The position numbers and the translations under genes are program-made. From assembly GCA_963575745.1 (NCBI GenBank), contig CAUYUJ010000001.1, positions 1,674,001-1,738,000 of the forward strand: 64,000 nucleotides of DNA, written 5' to 3'. The notes under the pieces are model-generated. The model was not told the origin of the DNA. It saw only the letters and a list, made by a program, of their open reading frames with translations, and ran no database searches. Below are positions 40,713 to 52,923 of this stretch, piece after piece (positions within the stretch are counted from its first letter, which is position 1; each line of letters opens with the position of its first letter). This stretch comes from Prorocentrum cordatum (taxonomy: Eukaryota).

Positions 40713-42186
40713 TTAAAAAAGGAGTCCCCGGATTCCCGCGGCAGTCCCCGGATTCCCGCGGCACGTGTCCGGCATCTGCCCAGACCCCCCTGGGGAGTCA
40801 TGATGTTCTCTTTTGAGACCACTAGAAGCCTATCAGTCTTCGCTGTTAGGTAAAAATCGACGGACGCCCTGGGGTCTCAGAGTTGGATCTCTTGTGGAAG
40901 GTTTCTTGTGGTTGGTCTCCTGCGGTAATCGGCTGGATGTTCTCGGTTTTCGCCTCCTCGTGCGCTTGCAGGATCTCTCAGCCCAGACATCCGGCTGTTC
41001 CAATTTTTTCGATGCGTGGGCCCCACAGGTCCGGACAACTTCCCCAGGACAGGATTTTCGTCGCGAGTCGCTTTTTGACGCTCCCGAGGCCCAGGGATGA
41101 CCCCTGGAGGCCGAAAACTGACCAAATCCCGCAGATCCAACTTTTTTAGGAGCGTCGGATCTCTGGGTCGTGCGCCTGCTTGATCTCCCAGGTGTTCGGC
41201 CAGTGGCCGCCTCGTGGCCGCCTCCTTGCCGCCTTGTGCGCTGGCTGCGTCTTCTGCGCGCTCGGCCGGACGCCGCCCCCCTGGGCGCTTCGTGGCCCCT
41301 CCTGGTGCACCGGTCTTGACGGCTCCTGACGCGCACCTATAGGCCTTACGGCCGGCGCCGCCGATCCTAAACGACGACGACGCCGACGGCGGCGGCGGCG
41401 GTGGCGGCGGCGAAGACGACGAAGACGGCGACGCTGACGACAACGACGACGAGCATTTTGAGACTGTTCGCTCCTACTGGCACGCGTGTCTTGCATTCTG
41501 TATACCCCAACCCTCGATACCCGCCCACTTCGTCTTCGGTTGCACCCCCGTTCGGGGGGAACATCTTCTTTGTCGGCCACTAACTGACATGTGAAGAACT
41601 CTCGAGCGAGAGCGCCGTTCCTGAGTTCGGTGGCCTCTCTGACCAGAAGCTCGGAATACATATTGAGAAATCGAACGGGATCCCTTGTCGCCGTGTCTGG
41701 GCCTCCACCAACTTGCTTAAATGACGAAAAGGTCTTGAGCGAGAGCGCCACTCTTGGGTTCGGGGGCCTCTCTGGCAAGGGCCTCTGCGAATACATCTTG
41801 AGGAAGTATCGAGCAAGAGCCCTTGTCGTCGTAGTTGGGCGGGGGCCTTCCTGGTCAGAGTCTCTCGGAGTGAATCATGAGGAAGGACCTGGCAGGAACT
41901 ATTGTCGTCGTGGCTGGGCCTCCGCCAACTTGATTGGCTTGCGAGGAAGTCTCGAGCGAGAGCGCCGTTCCTGAGTTCGGGGGCCTCTCTGACCAGGGTG
42001 TCTCAGGGTGAATTGTGAGGAAGTATCGAGCGGGAGCCGTTGTCGCTGTAGCCGGGCCTCTAAGGGCACACATTTACACTCAAGCCATCGCTCGCGCGGG
42101 AGCCTCGTTCTCAGAGAAGATGTAGCCAGCGTCGAAGCGTGAGCGCGCGGCACCGTTTCCCGAGATCAACTCTAGAAATGAGTATT

Positions 42187-42356
42187 CGACGACGACGACG
42201 ACAACACCGACGACGACACTGACGACGACCACCCCAACAGCGGCGGCGGCGGCGACGACGACGACGACGTCACCGACGATGACGACGACACCGACGACGA
42301 CGACGTCACCGACGACAACGACGCCGACGTCGGAGGCGGCGGTGGCGGTGGCGAAC

Positions 42357-42391
<35 letters not shown>

Positions 42392-42613
42392 AACGACAAC
42401 GACAACGACGACGACCACACGGCGGCGGTGGCGGCGGCGGCAGCGGCAGCGGCGATGACGACGACGACGACGACGACGCCAGCGACAACGACGACGACGA
42501 CGACGTCACCGACGACGACGACGCCGACGGCGGCGGCGGTGGCGGTGGCGGGGGGCGAAGACGACGACGACGACACCGACGACCACCACACCGACGGCGG
42601 TGCCCGCGGCGGC

Positions 42614-42650
<37 letters not shown>

Positions 42651-42781
42651 TCACCGATGACGACGACGACGGCGGCGGCGGCGGCGGCGGTGGCCACGGG
42701 GAGGACGACGACGACGACGACGTCACCACCGACGACGACGACACCGACGAGGATCACACCGACGCCGGCGGCGGCAGCGGC

Positions 42782-42824
<43 letters not shown>

Positions 42825-43533
42825 TCACCGACGACGGCGACGCCGACGGTGGCGACGACGACGACAACGACGCCGAGGGCGGCTACGACGACGACGACGA
42901 CGACGACACCGACGACGACACCCACGACGATCACGCCGACGGCGGCGGCGGCAGCGGCGGCGGCGACGACGACGACGCCGTCGACGACGACGGCGGCGGC
43001 GACGACCACGACACCGACGACTACTAGACCGACGGCGGCGGCGGCGGTGGCGGCGGCGAAGACGACAACGACACCGACGCGGTAGCGGCGGCGAGGACGA
43101 CGACGACCACGACAAAGACGACGAAGACACCGACGACGGCGCGCACGACGATAGCACCGACGGCGGCGGCGGCGAAGACGACGACGAAGACGACGATGAC
43201 GACGACGACGTCAACGACGACGACGGCGCCGACTGCGGTGGCGGTGGCGGCGGCGAAGACGACGACGACGACGATGACAACCATACCGACGGCGGCGGCG
43301 GCGGCAGCGGCGACGACGACGACGCCGATGTCGGCGGCGGCGGTGGTGGCGGCGAAGACGACGACGACGACCATCTCTCCGACGGCGTTGGCGGCGGCGG
43401 CAGCTTCGGCGGCGGCGACGACGACGACGACGACAACGACGACGACGACGACGCCGACGGTGGCGACGACGACGACGACGTCGACGACGACACCGACGAC
43501 GACGACGACGATGGTGGTGGTGGCGGTGGCGAA

Positions 43534-43570
<37 letters not shown>

Positions 43571-44199
43571 TCACCGACGGCGACGACGCCGACTGTGGCG
43601 GCGGCGGCGGCTGCGACGACGACAACGACGCCGACGACGCCGACGGCGGCGACGACGACGACGTCGACGGCGACACCGACGACGACGACACCGACGACGA
43701 CGACGACGACGGTGGCGGCGGTGGCGGCGGCGAAAATGACGACGACGACGACGACGTCACCGACGGCGACCACACCGACGGCGACGGCGACGGCGGCGGC
43801 GGCGGTGACGACGACGACGACGTCGACGACGACGCCGGTGGCAGTGGCGGCCGTGGCGCCGACGACGCCGATCTCGCCGACGGCGGCGGCGGCGGGGGCG
43901 GCAGCGAAGACGTTGACGACGACGTCGACTACGACGACGATGACGACGGCGACACCGACGACGACGACGACGACGACGTCCACACCGACGGCGTCCACGC
44001 CGACGGCGTCGGCGGTGGCGGAGACGACGACGACGAAGACGACGACGACGACGTCACCAACGACGACGACACCCACGACGACCACGCCGACGGCGGCGGC
44101 GGCGGCGAAGACCACGACGACGACGACGACGACACCGACGACGACACCGCCGACGACCACATCGGTGGCGGTGGCGGCGGCGGTGTCGGTGGCGAAGAT

Positions 44200-44247
<48 letters not shown>

Positions 44248-44310
44248 CACACCGACGGCGGCGGCGGACGACGACGACGACAGCGTCGACGACGACGACG
44301 ACGATGACGA
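42187..44310. repeat. Degenerate (GAC)n/(GGC)n trinucleotide tract
   Basis: Directly visible. It is the source of the poly-T/D/V/S pseudo-ORFs. Confidence 0.95.
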
Positions 44311-44983
44311 GCTCTCTCGGGGGCCTCTTGATGGCAGTTTTGGGGCCTCTCTTGGGAGCCTCGAGGGGGTATCTTGGGGCTTCCTGGGGGTCCCTCTGAG
44401 GCCTCTTTGGGCCTCGTTTGGGCTTCTTGGGGGCATCTGGAGCCTCCTGGGAGCCTCCCAGGCCGAGGGCTCGAACTGTCCGTTCGGGTCCCACGTCTGG
44501 GCTTCCTCTTGGAGCCGTCTTGGGGGCCTCTTGATCTGGGTGGTCTTGGGGACTTCTTGGGTCGTTTAGGGGCCCTCTTGGGGGCCTCTTGGGCGATCTT
44601 GAGGGTCTCGTGGGCTGTCTTGAAGGCGTCGGGAAGCTGTAGGACAATCTGTGATGTTTGCTCCTCGGCCCCCCCCCCTGACCCCCCTGGGACCTCTTCC
44701 CCCCCCCGGCGGGGATGGGATCAAAGGGAAGGGGCTTCCCGTCGATTCAGCCACGACGTTGCTCAATGTCGGTTTGGCTGGCGCGCTTAAGGAAGAGGGC
44801 CCAGGGAAAGGAGATGGGGGACGACGTAAACGACGATTGACGGAGACGACGAGGAGACGACGGAGACGCAGACGTCGACGCAGACGACGAGGAGGCGACG
44901 GAGACGACTCGACGACGAGGGCCCAGGACGGGGGTCGACGGAGACGACGAGGAGACGACGGAGACTGAGACGACGACTGGGCG

Positions 44984-46574
44984 CCGGCGGTAAACCGTCA
45001 ACCTTTCTTACCGCCGGGGGACTCGTAGAGCTTCCTGCCATATACTATGTCCAAAGAATTGGCGGAGAACGAATAGTTTTTCGGCCTCCGCTGATAGCGG
45101 ACTCGAATACAAGACTTAGTTCAGAGCTCTAGGTGCAACAGACGCACGCGACTGATGATGCTGAATCGATTGATGTGCGTACGACTCTGTGGCCCTCCTA
45201 CATTTCGAGATGAGTGCAGAAAACCGACAGCATCTCTCAGGATGACTCGAATAATACGAATAGGTTCACGGACCTAGCTCGTAGCAGACCGAGTTCAGAC
45301 CTCTAGATGCAACAGACGCACGCGACTGATGATTTCGAATTGTTTTCTGTAAGTATCAGTTCTGTAGTTCTCCTACAGCTCGAGTTAAGTCCAGAAAACC
45401 GACAGCACCTGTCAAGATGACTCGAATAATACGAATAGCTTCGCGGACCTAACTCGGGTAGCAGAGCCAGTTCAGATTTCTAGGTGCAACAGATTAACGC
45501 GCCTGATGATTTCGAATTGGTTTCTGTAAGTATCAGTTCTGTAGTTCTCCTACAGCTCGAGTTAAGTCCAGAAAACCGACAGCACCTGTCAAGATGACTC
45601 GAATAATACGAATAGTTTCGCGGACCTAGCTCGGGTAGCAGAGCCAGTTCAGACCTCCAGGTGCAACAGATGAACGCGCCTGATGATTCTGGATGGGTTT
45701 ATGTTAATATCAGCTCTGTAGCTGCCTACAGCTCGAGTTAAGTACAGAAAACCGACAGCGCCTGTCAAGATGACTCGAACAATACGAATAGTTTCGCGGA
45801 CCTAGCTCGGGTAGCAGAGCCAGTTCAGACCTCCCGATGCAGCAGACGACGCGCCTGATCATTCTAAGAGGGTTTCTGTTAATATCAACTCTGTAGCTGT
45901 CCTACAGCTCAAGTTAAGTACAGAAAACCGACAGCGCTTGTCAAGATGACTCGAATAATACGAATAGGTTCGTGGACACAGCTCGAGTAGCAGACCGAGT
46001 TCAGACCTCTAGATGCAACAGATGAACGCGCCTGCTGGTTCTCGATGGGTTTCTGTTAATATCAGCTATGTAGCTGTCCTACAGCTCGGGTTAAGTACAG
46101 AAAACCGACAGCACCTGTCAAGATGACTCGAATAATACGAATAGTTTTGCAGACCTAGCTCGGGTAGCAGACCGAGTTCAGACCTCTAGATGCAAGAGAC
46201 GAACGCGCCTGATGATTCTAAGAGGGTTTCTGTTAATATCAGCTCTGTAGCTGTCCTACAGCTCGAATTAAGTACAGAAAACCGTTGCCACGTGTCAAGA
46301 TGACCCGAAACGGCCGATCCCGCCCCCTGCTTTTTGGCAGTAGTATCTACCCGATCGACCTGATATTAAGACGGCGAGCGGGAATAAGATCAAATATCAT
46401 AGGAAAAATATATCAGAGCTCTAACGAATGGTTGAATTTCGAGAACAAAATTTTCAACCGACCAAAAGTCACCAAAAGGTCCGTCGAGATTTTTCTTGTC
46501 AACTAGCTCTCCAGCGCCCCGGGATTACTCTTAAGCTTCCAGCAACTAGCTAAGGGAAGCTCTACGAGTTACGG
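44984..46574. mobile_element. Non-coding element with terminal hairpin, 15-bp asymmetric IR and ~177-bp tandem repeat (about 6.5 copies, ~45090-46305)
   Basis: Stem CCGGCGGTAA(44984-93)/TTACCGCCGG(45008-17). ACTCGTAGAGCTTCC(45021-35) versus GGAAGCTCTACGAGT(46555-69). The GACGAGGAGACGACGG host repeat is on both flanks, and GGGCG is on both sides. Confidence 0.75.
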
Positions 46575-47456
46575 GGGCGACGAGGAGACGACGGAAACGA
46601 CGCGACGACGACGACGGCGACCAATGGAAGAGCGTCTTCCACACTTATTGCACGGGCCAGAGGGTTAGCGGATCCCCCAGAATGGCGATTTCGCTTGAGA
46701 CATCCCCGCAACAATGAGATGACGGGAAACGTCTTCGAGGTACGAGAAGCGAGCTGGATGTTCTGGCTGAGTCTGCATCATATGTAATAAAATTCTCAAT
46801 CGAGGGTGGCGCGCTGCACGGGGTTGGGGGTTAGCGGAGTCGTCAGAATGGCGATTTCGCCTGAGACATATTCACAGAAATGGCATCTCCGCGACGTCGC
46901 GTTGAACAAAAACGAGCGTCTTGTTCGAGTCTTCTTCGAACAACTCATCGCCGCGAAATTAATTGAGCTGTAAACATGTGCGTTTCGCTTGAAACGTCCG
47001 CACGAACATGACATGTCGGCGAAGGTGTTCTATTGTCGCTTATGTTGAGGCCGTCGTTTTTTGCTAGGGACATCCTCAGAAAATACCAGGCAGCACGGCG
47101 GACCAGAAAAAAGAGCACGGCAGACCATGTGCATCTCTCTGGGGACATCCTCCAAAACATGAGATGGTGTCAACATTGTCTTGACATCGTTCTTGAAGTG
47201 CTTCAAGAGGAAGAAATGAGAGGCCCAACAGGACCTCAATATGGCTCCACGAGCGCCTTGCTGACTGCCGAAAATGGCGATTTCGCGAGGGGCATCTTCA
47301 AACAAAACAGCAGCATAGTTTTGAAAGCTGCTGTTCTAGCATCGTCTTGGGATCGCTCGTGAACAGGCTCCCAGACGGCCCAAGTCAGGCTTCTAAAAAC
47401 AACGATTTTGCCGGGGACATCCTCAAAACAGAAATGTGTGTGACATCGCACTGGCA

Positions 47457-47491
<35 letters not shown>

Positions 47492-47895
47492 TGGCGTCGG
47501 GGCAGCCCCAAACGAGCCCCAAACGAGGCTCATTCTCACCCCAAGAGCGCCCTCGAGATTCCTCAAATTTAGCATTTCGCTCGAGTCATCCTCACCAACA
47601 TGAGGTGTTCGCAACGCCGTCTTCTACAACAAAAGACTTTCGCCTGAGGCATCCACCAGAAAATTACAACCGCGAGTTTAACAAACATGTGGACATGGGG
47701 ATATTGTCTGAGACATCCTCGAAACTATGAGATGCCGAAAGGCTGATTTCAGACCATGCGCGTTGAAACTGAACTTTTCGCTTGGGACATCTTCAGAACA
47801 TGGGCAGGATCACGGCATCCCAACACGCAGAAGCACGGCAGAACGCGCGAGAGCACGGCAGAACACACAGGAGCACGGCATAACCCAAAGAACAC

Positions 47896-49457
47896 TCCGT
47901 AGCCATTTTGGTTCATGCCGTGCTCGGGCGCGCGCCGCGCGCGGGCGCTTGGGCAGAATGGTGCGGGAGGTGCTCGCCGGTGTCGCGGCGGCCCGCTGGG
48001 CGGCGGACAACCTGGCGAGACGACTTGAGAAGGGGCTGCGGGAGGCGAAGGAAGTCATCGCCTGCTCCCAGGCGCAGCTGGAGTGCGGTTCGGGCGGCGA
48101 CGCCCCGGAGGCGGAGGCCCGCCGCCGCGAAGCCATCGCGCGGCCCGCCTTGGTTGCGCGCGTCCGCGGACGCCGCGAAACCAGGGCGCAGCGGCTGCGG
48201 CGGCACGTCGCGTGGCATGCCGAGCGCTGCCCGTCGGCAGACGCCCCTCCGCAGGCATGGCGCAGGGCTCAACGCGGGCCGCGCCTCCCAGGAGGGCCCC
48301 TTCCTGGTGATGGGCACGGCTGTGTGGCGCAGAGTGCCAGCGTGTGTGAGGTGGAGACCTGCGTCTGCGAAGTGCAGCCGCCGATTGAGTGCGCATTGGA
48401 TGTCTGCGTGGCCGAAGCGCCAGCGCGGCTGCCCAGCGCCCGAGTGGCGGCCGCGAGGACCCCGCTGCGGTCTAGCGCCCAGCCGCGCCTCCCCGAGTGG
48501 GCGCGTTGGGCCGCGCTGCTGGAGGAGCTCGGCGTGGCGCAGCTGGCCGAGCAGGGCTGCAGCGAGGTCGGCGCCGAGAGCACCGAGGCGGAGGAGATCA
48601 TGGAGCCGCCCCTGGCCGCGGACAGCGTCGACTGCTCCGCGGGCGATGGCCACTCGAGCTCGGAGGGCGCGTTCGTTTCGTTCCTGGACGGCTTCTCGGT
48701 GGCGGCGGTGGCGCGTGCGGCCAAGGGGCCGAAGTCGGGAGTTGAGTCGCTCCTGGACTTGGCCGAGGCCCGCGCCCTCGGCGTCCGCCTCGGAGGTGCA
48801 GGTTGCGCAGATGCCGAGGAGCACGGCATGGGGCTCGCGGCGGCCTTGGCTGCGCGTGAGGTCGTCGCTGTCTACGGCTGCGAGCCCGAGGAGGATCGCG
48901 CCATGGCGGCGCGTTGCTCGGCGTGGCGGCCGAACCGCGCGGCGACTTCCGAGAGCGAGGACAGCTTCGTGGGGGACTCGGAGTTCGAGGATCTCGAGTC
49001 TGAGCACTGGCAGTTCCTGCGTGACGAGTTCTCGGACGGCAGCGAGCAGGCCGCGGAGCACGAGGTTGCGCGCGCTGCCTGGCTGGAGCGCACGGGCTCC
49101 AGGCGCGAGGACGCTGAAAGCAGCCTCGAGGCCGATGCCCCTGGCGCGCGTGCGCAGGGGCGGCTGGCTGCGGCCGAGGCGGCCCAGGCGGCAATCCTGA
49201 GCGGCATCTGGCCGAGGGGCTGCGGTTGCTCGAGGCGGCTCAGGACTTCGGCCAGGCTGAGCGAGGCGTGCAGTTGCATTCTGCACGCAGATCTGGCCTC
49301 GCCTCGGTGTGGGGGGGGGGTGGGGTGGGGTGGGGTGGGCGTCTGACGGGGTTCGGCCCTTCCGCCTGCCCAGGCCCGCAGGGGCCGCCCCGCATTGGTT
49401 TCGAAAGGGGTTTTCCTTGCCCTTTAGCCTTGAAGGCCCCGTCTTTAACTTTAACTT
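47896..49457 (+). mobile_element. Spliced-leader-headed retroposon, copy 1
   Basis: Relict SL TCCGTAGCCATTTTGGTTCATG (47896-47917, 2 mismatches). GCCTTGAAGGCCCC (49427-40) plus (CTTTAA)n tail. Perfect TSD TAACCCAAAGAACAC at 47881-95 and 49458-72. Confidence 0.9.
47958..49346 (+). CDS. ORF of SL-retroposon copy 1 (462 aa, Ala/Arg-rich helical N-terminus, acidic C-terminal part; function unknown)
   Basis: First ATG downstream of the SL, in frame with ORF 47727-49346. Shares blocks with the copy 2 and 3 ORFs. Confidence 0.55.
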   Translation: MVREVLAGVAAARWAADNLARRLEKGLREAKEVIACSQAQLECGSGGDAPEAEARRREAIARPALVARVRGRRETRAQRLRRHVAWHAERCPSADAPPQAWRRAQRGPRLPGGPLPGDGHGCVAQSASVCEVETCVCEVQPPIECALDVCVAEAPARLPSARVAAARTPLRSSAQPRLPEWARWAALLEELGVAQLAEQGCSEVGAESTEAEEIMEPPLAADSVDCSAGDGHSSSEGAFVSFLDGFSVAAVARAAKGPKSGVESLLDLAEARALGVRLGGAGCADAEEHGMGLAAALAAREVVAVYGCEPEEDRAMAARCSAWRPNRAATSESEDSFVGDSEFEDLESEHWQFLRDEFSDGSEQAAEHEVARAAWLERTGSRREDAESSLEADAPGARAQGRLAAAEAAQAAILSGIWPRGCGCSRRLRTSARLSEACSCILHADLASPRCGGGVGWGGVGV

Positions 49458-49774
49458 TAACCCAAAGAACACACGGAAGCACGGCAGAACAAGCAGGCAC
49501 ATAACATTCAGGAACACGGCAGAACACCAAGGAGCACGGCAGGACATACAGGAGCACGGCATCACACAGGAACAGGAGGAGCGCGGCAGAGCACGGCAGG
49601 ACAGACAGGAGCACGGCAGACCACGCAAAACACATAGGAGCACGGCAGAACAAGCAGGAGCGCGGCAGAACACACAGGAGCACGGCAGTACACACGGGAG
49701 CACGGCAGAACACATGGTGCGCGGCAGAATTGACGGCAGGACACGCAGGAGCACGGCAGAACACATAGGAACAC

Positions 49775-51361
49775 TCCGTAGCCATTTTGGCTCAAGCGAG
49801 CCTGGCTGGCGGCAGGCTCTCGGGCGCGCGCGCTCGCTAGCGGCCATGGGGCATTCTGGGTGCGGGGCGGCCTGGGCGGCAGCCTCCGCCCGCGCGCTTG
49901 CGCGGCGGCTGCGGCGGGAGCATCGGCATGCCATCGGGGAGTCGCGGGCGGCGGCGCTGGCGTGGCGCGCGGCTGCCCTCCGCCGTTCCCTGGAGGCTCA
50001 CTGGCAGCTCGCCAACCGCGCGGGCGCCCACGCTCCCAAGTTCGGGGAGGCGATCGCGGCCGCGCGGGTCTTCGGGGTCAGGGGCGGCCTCCAGGAGGCG
50101 CTGGAGGACCTCGCCTTGGGGAACTGGGCGCGGTGCGCCCCGCCGCCTGGGCAGGCGCGGCTGCGGCCCGTGCCCGAGGCGACGCAGCTGCTTCCTCCTG
50201 GTGCGATCCTGGCGATCGACCTCGAGGCGAAGTTGGCTGCAGGGGCTGTGCAGGTTTCGCCCGCGCCGAGCATTGGCGACGGCGAGGGCGACGGCGGCTC
50301 GGGCCTTTCTGCCTCCGAGCGGAGCCTGGCGGCGGAGCTCGGGGGCAAGAGGGGGCAGGACGAGCTGGAGAGCGTGGACGCGGTGTGGGAGAGCGACGTC
50401 GCTGTCGAGGTCTGCGTCGCCGAGCCCGCCGCGGAGCCCTGCCATCCCGCGGGGCCACGGGCGCGCCGGTGGTCAGGCGCCCTGCCGTGCAGGTCGCGGC
50501 GCACGCCGCTGCGGGGCGGGGCCGTGCCGTACGTCCCCATTCAGCTTGCGGAGCTGCGTGGCGACCGCCGAGTCGGTGGTCGAGGCGTTGGGCTGCGGGC
50601 CCCTGGCTCCTGCGGACAGGGTGGGCCGTGCGCCGCTGCCTCCCGTCTTGGGACATGCGAGTGCAGAGCGTGGTGCTAGCGGTCGTGCCAGCGTGGACGG
50701 CAGTGCTGATGCCAGCGACGTTGGCTCCTCGAGGCCGTCTACTCGTGGGCCAGTCGAGTATGCCGACGACGTCGTGCCGCACCTGGGCGGTTGCTGCGTC
50801 GGCAGCGACGACATCGTGGAGGGGCCCGCGGGGGGCTCGGCCAACGAGGACGCCGTCGGCATGGAGCCCCTGGTCGCGGACTCCGTCGGCTGCACGGCGG
50901 GCGATGGCCACGCGGGCTCGGAGTGCGGTTTCGTGTCATTCCTGGACGACTTCTCGGTGGCGGCGGTGGCGCGTGCGGCCCAGGGGCCGAAGTCGGGAGT
51001 TGAGTCACTCCTGGACTGGGCCGAGGCCCGCGCCCTCGGCGTCCGCCTCGGCAGTGCAGGTTGTCCAGATGCCGAGGAGCGCGCGCGGCTCCTCGATGGT
51101 CTCTTGGCCCGTGCGCGTTGCACGACGCGGCCTCAGAGTAGTGCGTGAGGCGGGCAGATGCATTCTGTATGTAGATCTGTTCTCGCCTTGTGGTGCGGCC
51201 GCGGTGGAGGCCCAAAGCGGCCCCCGCGGGGAGAGGCGGCCCTAGGCGGCCCCTCTCGGGAGGGCGTGTCTCGGGTGGCGCTCGGTGCCCCTGGAGGCCC
51301 CTCGGTTCCTTTTCCTCTCCTCCCCTACGCCTTGAAGGCCCCGTCTTTAACTTTGACTTTT
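49775..51361 (+). mobile_element. Spliced-leader-headed retroposon, copy 2
   Basis: Perfect dinoflagellate SL TCCGTAGCCATTTTGGCTCAAG (49775-49796). GCCTTGAAGGCCCC (51329-42) plus (CTTTAA)-type tail. TSD AACACATAGGAACAC (49760-74) / AACACATAGGAGCAC (51362-76). Confidence 0.9.
49846..51148 (+). pseudogene. Frameshifted ORF of SL-retroposon copy 2
   Basis: ATG 49846 is in the frame of ORF 49309-50679. The block homologous to copy 1 (FVSFLDDFSVAAVARAAQGPKSGVESLLD) lies in another frame (49898-51148), implying a shift near 50.55 kb. Confidence 0.55.
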
Positions 51362-51396
51362 AACACATAGGAGCACGGCAGAACACGCAGGATCAG

Positions 51397-52923
51397 TCCG
51401 TAACCATTCTGGCTCAAGGCCAGCCTCGGGCGCGCGCGGGCGGGCTCGAGCAGATGGCGCGGGCGGGATCGCCGCGTGGCGGTTCCTGGCATTCGGCGCA
51501 GCGGCGCTCGCGCGCCGAGCGGACCGCTGCGCGTCGGCGGGCGCAGGATGCATGCGACCGCGGGCTGGAGGCGGCGCGTGCGGAGGCAGAGGCCCTGAGT
51601 GCGGAGCTCGACGAGTGCCACTCGTGGCTCGACGCGCTCGGTCGGGCCCTGGGCGACGGGGCGGTGGCCCGGCGGCTTGCCGCAGTCGCTCCGGCCCTTG
51701 CTGCCCTGCTGGGGGGGTTCATGCCGACGGTGAGCGTCAAGTTAGGGCGCGACGTCGCGCTTCATTCGGCAGCCGAGGGGCTGGACGTCGTGAGCGCCAG
51801 CACGCGCCAGCTGCGCGCTGCGCGCCGAGGGCCTCGGCTGGGCGGGCCCGGGCGGGCTGCGCCGCAGGAGGGCAAGGCGATCGAGGTCGACATCTGCGTC
51901 GCCGCGCCTTTGGCGCGCCTTCTGCCGGCGCTGGCTGCGGAGGCCCCCCGGCCTGAGCGCGGGCCAGTGCAGATGCGGGCTGAGGCGGCCCCTTCCTGGC
52001 CGCGTCGGCCTGCGGGCTGCTGGGCCATGCTGGGGCCCGCCCGCGTCGACGTGCTCCTCGCTGCCCTCGGCGCCGCGCCGGCTGTCGAGGTCGCGGGCGG
52101 CACCGTGTGGCAGGTGACGGACGGCAGCGACCTACCAGCAGGCTCAGGGCACAAGCTGGAGGACGTGGCCGAGTGCACGCGCAAGTACTGCTCGGGTCTG
52201 GGCGAGGCGGAGCGCGGGGGCCTGTGCGAACACGCAGGCGGCACCAAGTGTCTGGCGACGGGAAGCCGCGGTTTGCTAGCAGGCTCCGTGGGCAATGCTG
52301 AGGCGGACCTCGAGGAGGAGGAGTTCGTCTCGGATGGCAGCGAGCGCGGCTCGGCCCTGGGAGAGGCGGAGCACGGGGGCACGGCAATGCACGGCAGCGA
52401 CGACGGCTTCGATGACGGCTACCCTGAAGCGGAGCAGGACTTCGACTTTCATGCCCGCATGAGGGCCAGCGACGAAGCTTGGCAGGCTGCCCTGGCAGCC
52501 CGACTGAGGGCCAGGGATGAAGCCTGGGAGGCCAGCCTCGAGGAGTCGATCGAGGTGGAGCCCCAGGATTTCTCTGAGTCGGGAGATCATTCATCGCCTC
52601 ATCTTGGAATGGAGATTGGGATCGTGAGTGTTCAGTGAGTGATGCCTCCTGCATTTGAATGTGCACGTCGTGTATTTGCAATGCAGTCGAGCTTGGGTTG
52701 TGATCCAGTGTCGCTTCTGTTCTCGCAGTGCTTGCATGATTGGCTTGGGCGGGTTGGGGGCCAGGGCCAGTGGCTTTGCCGTCCGCCTTCCCTGGCCCGT
52801 GTTGAGAGGCGGCCCTAGGTGGCCCCTCTTGGGAGGGCGTGTCTCGGGTGGCGCTGGAGGCCCCTGGAGGCCCCTCGGTCATTTTTTCCTGCCTTTAAGG
52901 CCCCTCCAACCAACCAACCAACC
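51397..52923 (+). mobile_element. Spliced-leader-headed retroposon, copy 3
   Basis: Relict SL TCCGTAACCATTCTGGCTCAAG (51397-51418, 2 mismatches). GCCTTTAAGGCCCC (52891-904) plus (CCAA)n tail. TSD AACACGCAGGATCAG (51382-96) / AACGCGCGGGATCGG (52924-38), differing by three A/G transitions. Confidence 0.85.
51454..52638 (+). CDS. ORF of SL-retroposon copy 3 (394 aa, coiled-coil-like N-terminus, acidic C-terminus; function unknown)
   Basis: First ATG after the SL. RDVALH..RRGPRL..VDICVAAP parallels RHVAWH..QRGPRL..LDVCVAEAP in copy 1. Confidence 0.55.
   Translation: MARAGSPRGGSWHSAQRRSRAERTAARRRAQDACDRGLEAARAEAEALSAELDECHSWLDALGRALGDGAVARRLAAVAPALAALLGGFMPTVSVKLGRDVALHSAAEGLDVVSASTRQLRAARRGPRLGGPGRAAPQEGKAIEVDICVAAPLARLLPALAAEAPRPERGPVQMRAEAAPSWPRRPAGCWAMLGPARVDVLLAALGAAPAVEVAGGTVWQVTDGSDLPAGSGHKLEDVAECTRKYCSGLGEAERGGLCEHAGGTKCLATGSRGLLAGSVGNAEADLEEEEFVSDGSERGSALGEAEHGGTAMHGSDDGFDDGYPEAEQDFDFHARMRASDEAWQAALAARLRARDEAWEASLEESIEVEPQDFSESGDHSSPHLGMEIGIVSVQ

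Larger units (their letters stand above)
38468..40853. mobile_element. Non-coding asymmetric-IR element carrying (GCCTCA)n and a 73-bp tandem repeat
   Basis: TTATCCCGGCAAAACA-ACCTAACAGCGA(38484-38495) ... TCGCTGTTAGGT(40840-40851)AA. It splits a repeat that is contiguous at 34398-34540 (CCCACACCAG^AAATCGATGGACG). Confidence 0.8.

Noticed and set aside
38591..40816. 741-aa ORF
   Set aside because: Translation of (GCCTCA)n and the 73-bp repeat.
42080..44647. Mucin-like or poly-Asp/Val/Thr ORFs
   Set aside because: Open in several frames on both strands because of stop-poor (GAC)n/(GGC)n sequence.
47457..47491. T-run/A-run palindrome as a terminator or poly(A) tail
   Set aside because: No associated gene or element boundary, and homopolymer lengths may be sequencing artefacts.
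49775..49850. SL RNA gene
   Set aside because: The three SL copies are followed by different sequences with no conserved GT-starting SL intron, and they lead into ORFs inside TSDs. They are retroposed leaders.
47896..51418. SL sequence as the insertion target (as for trypanosomatid CRE/SLACS)
   Set aside because: The SL lies inside the TSDs and is not duplicated at the 3' junctions; the target is the satellite.
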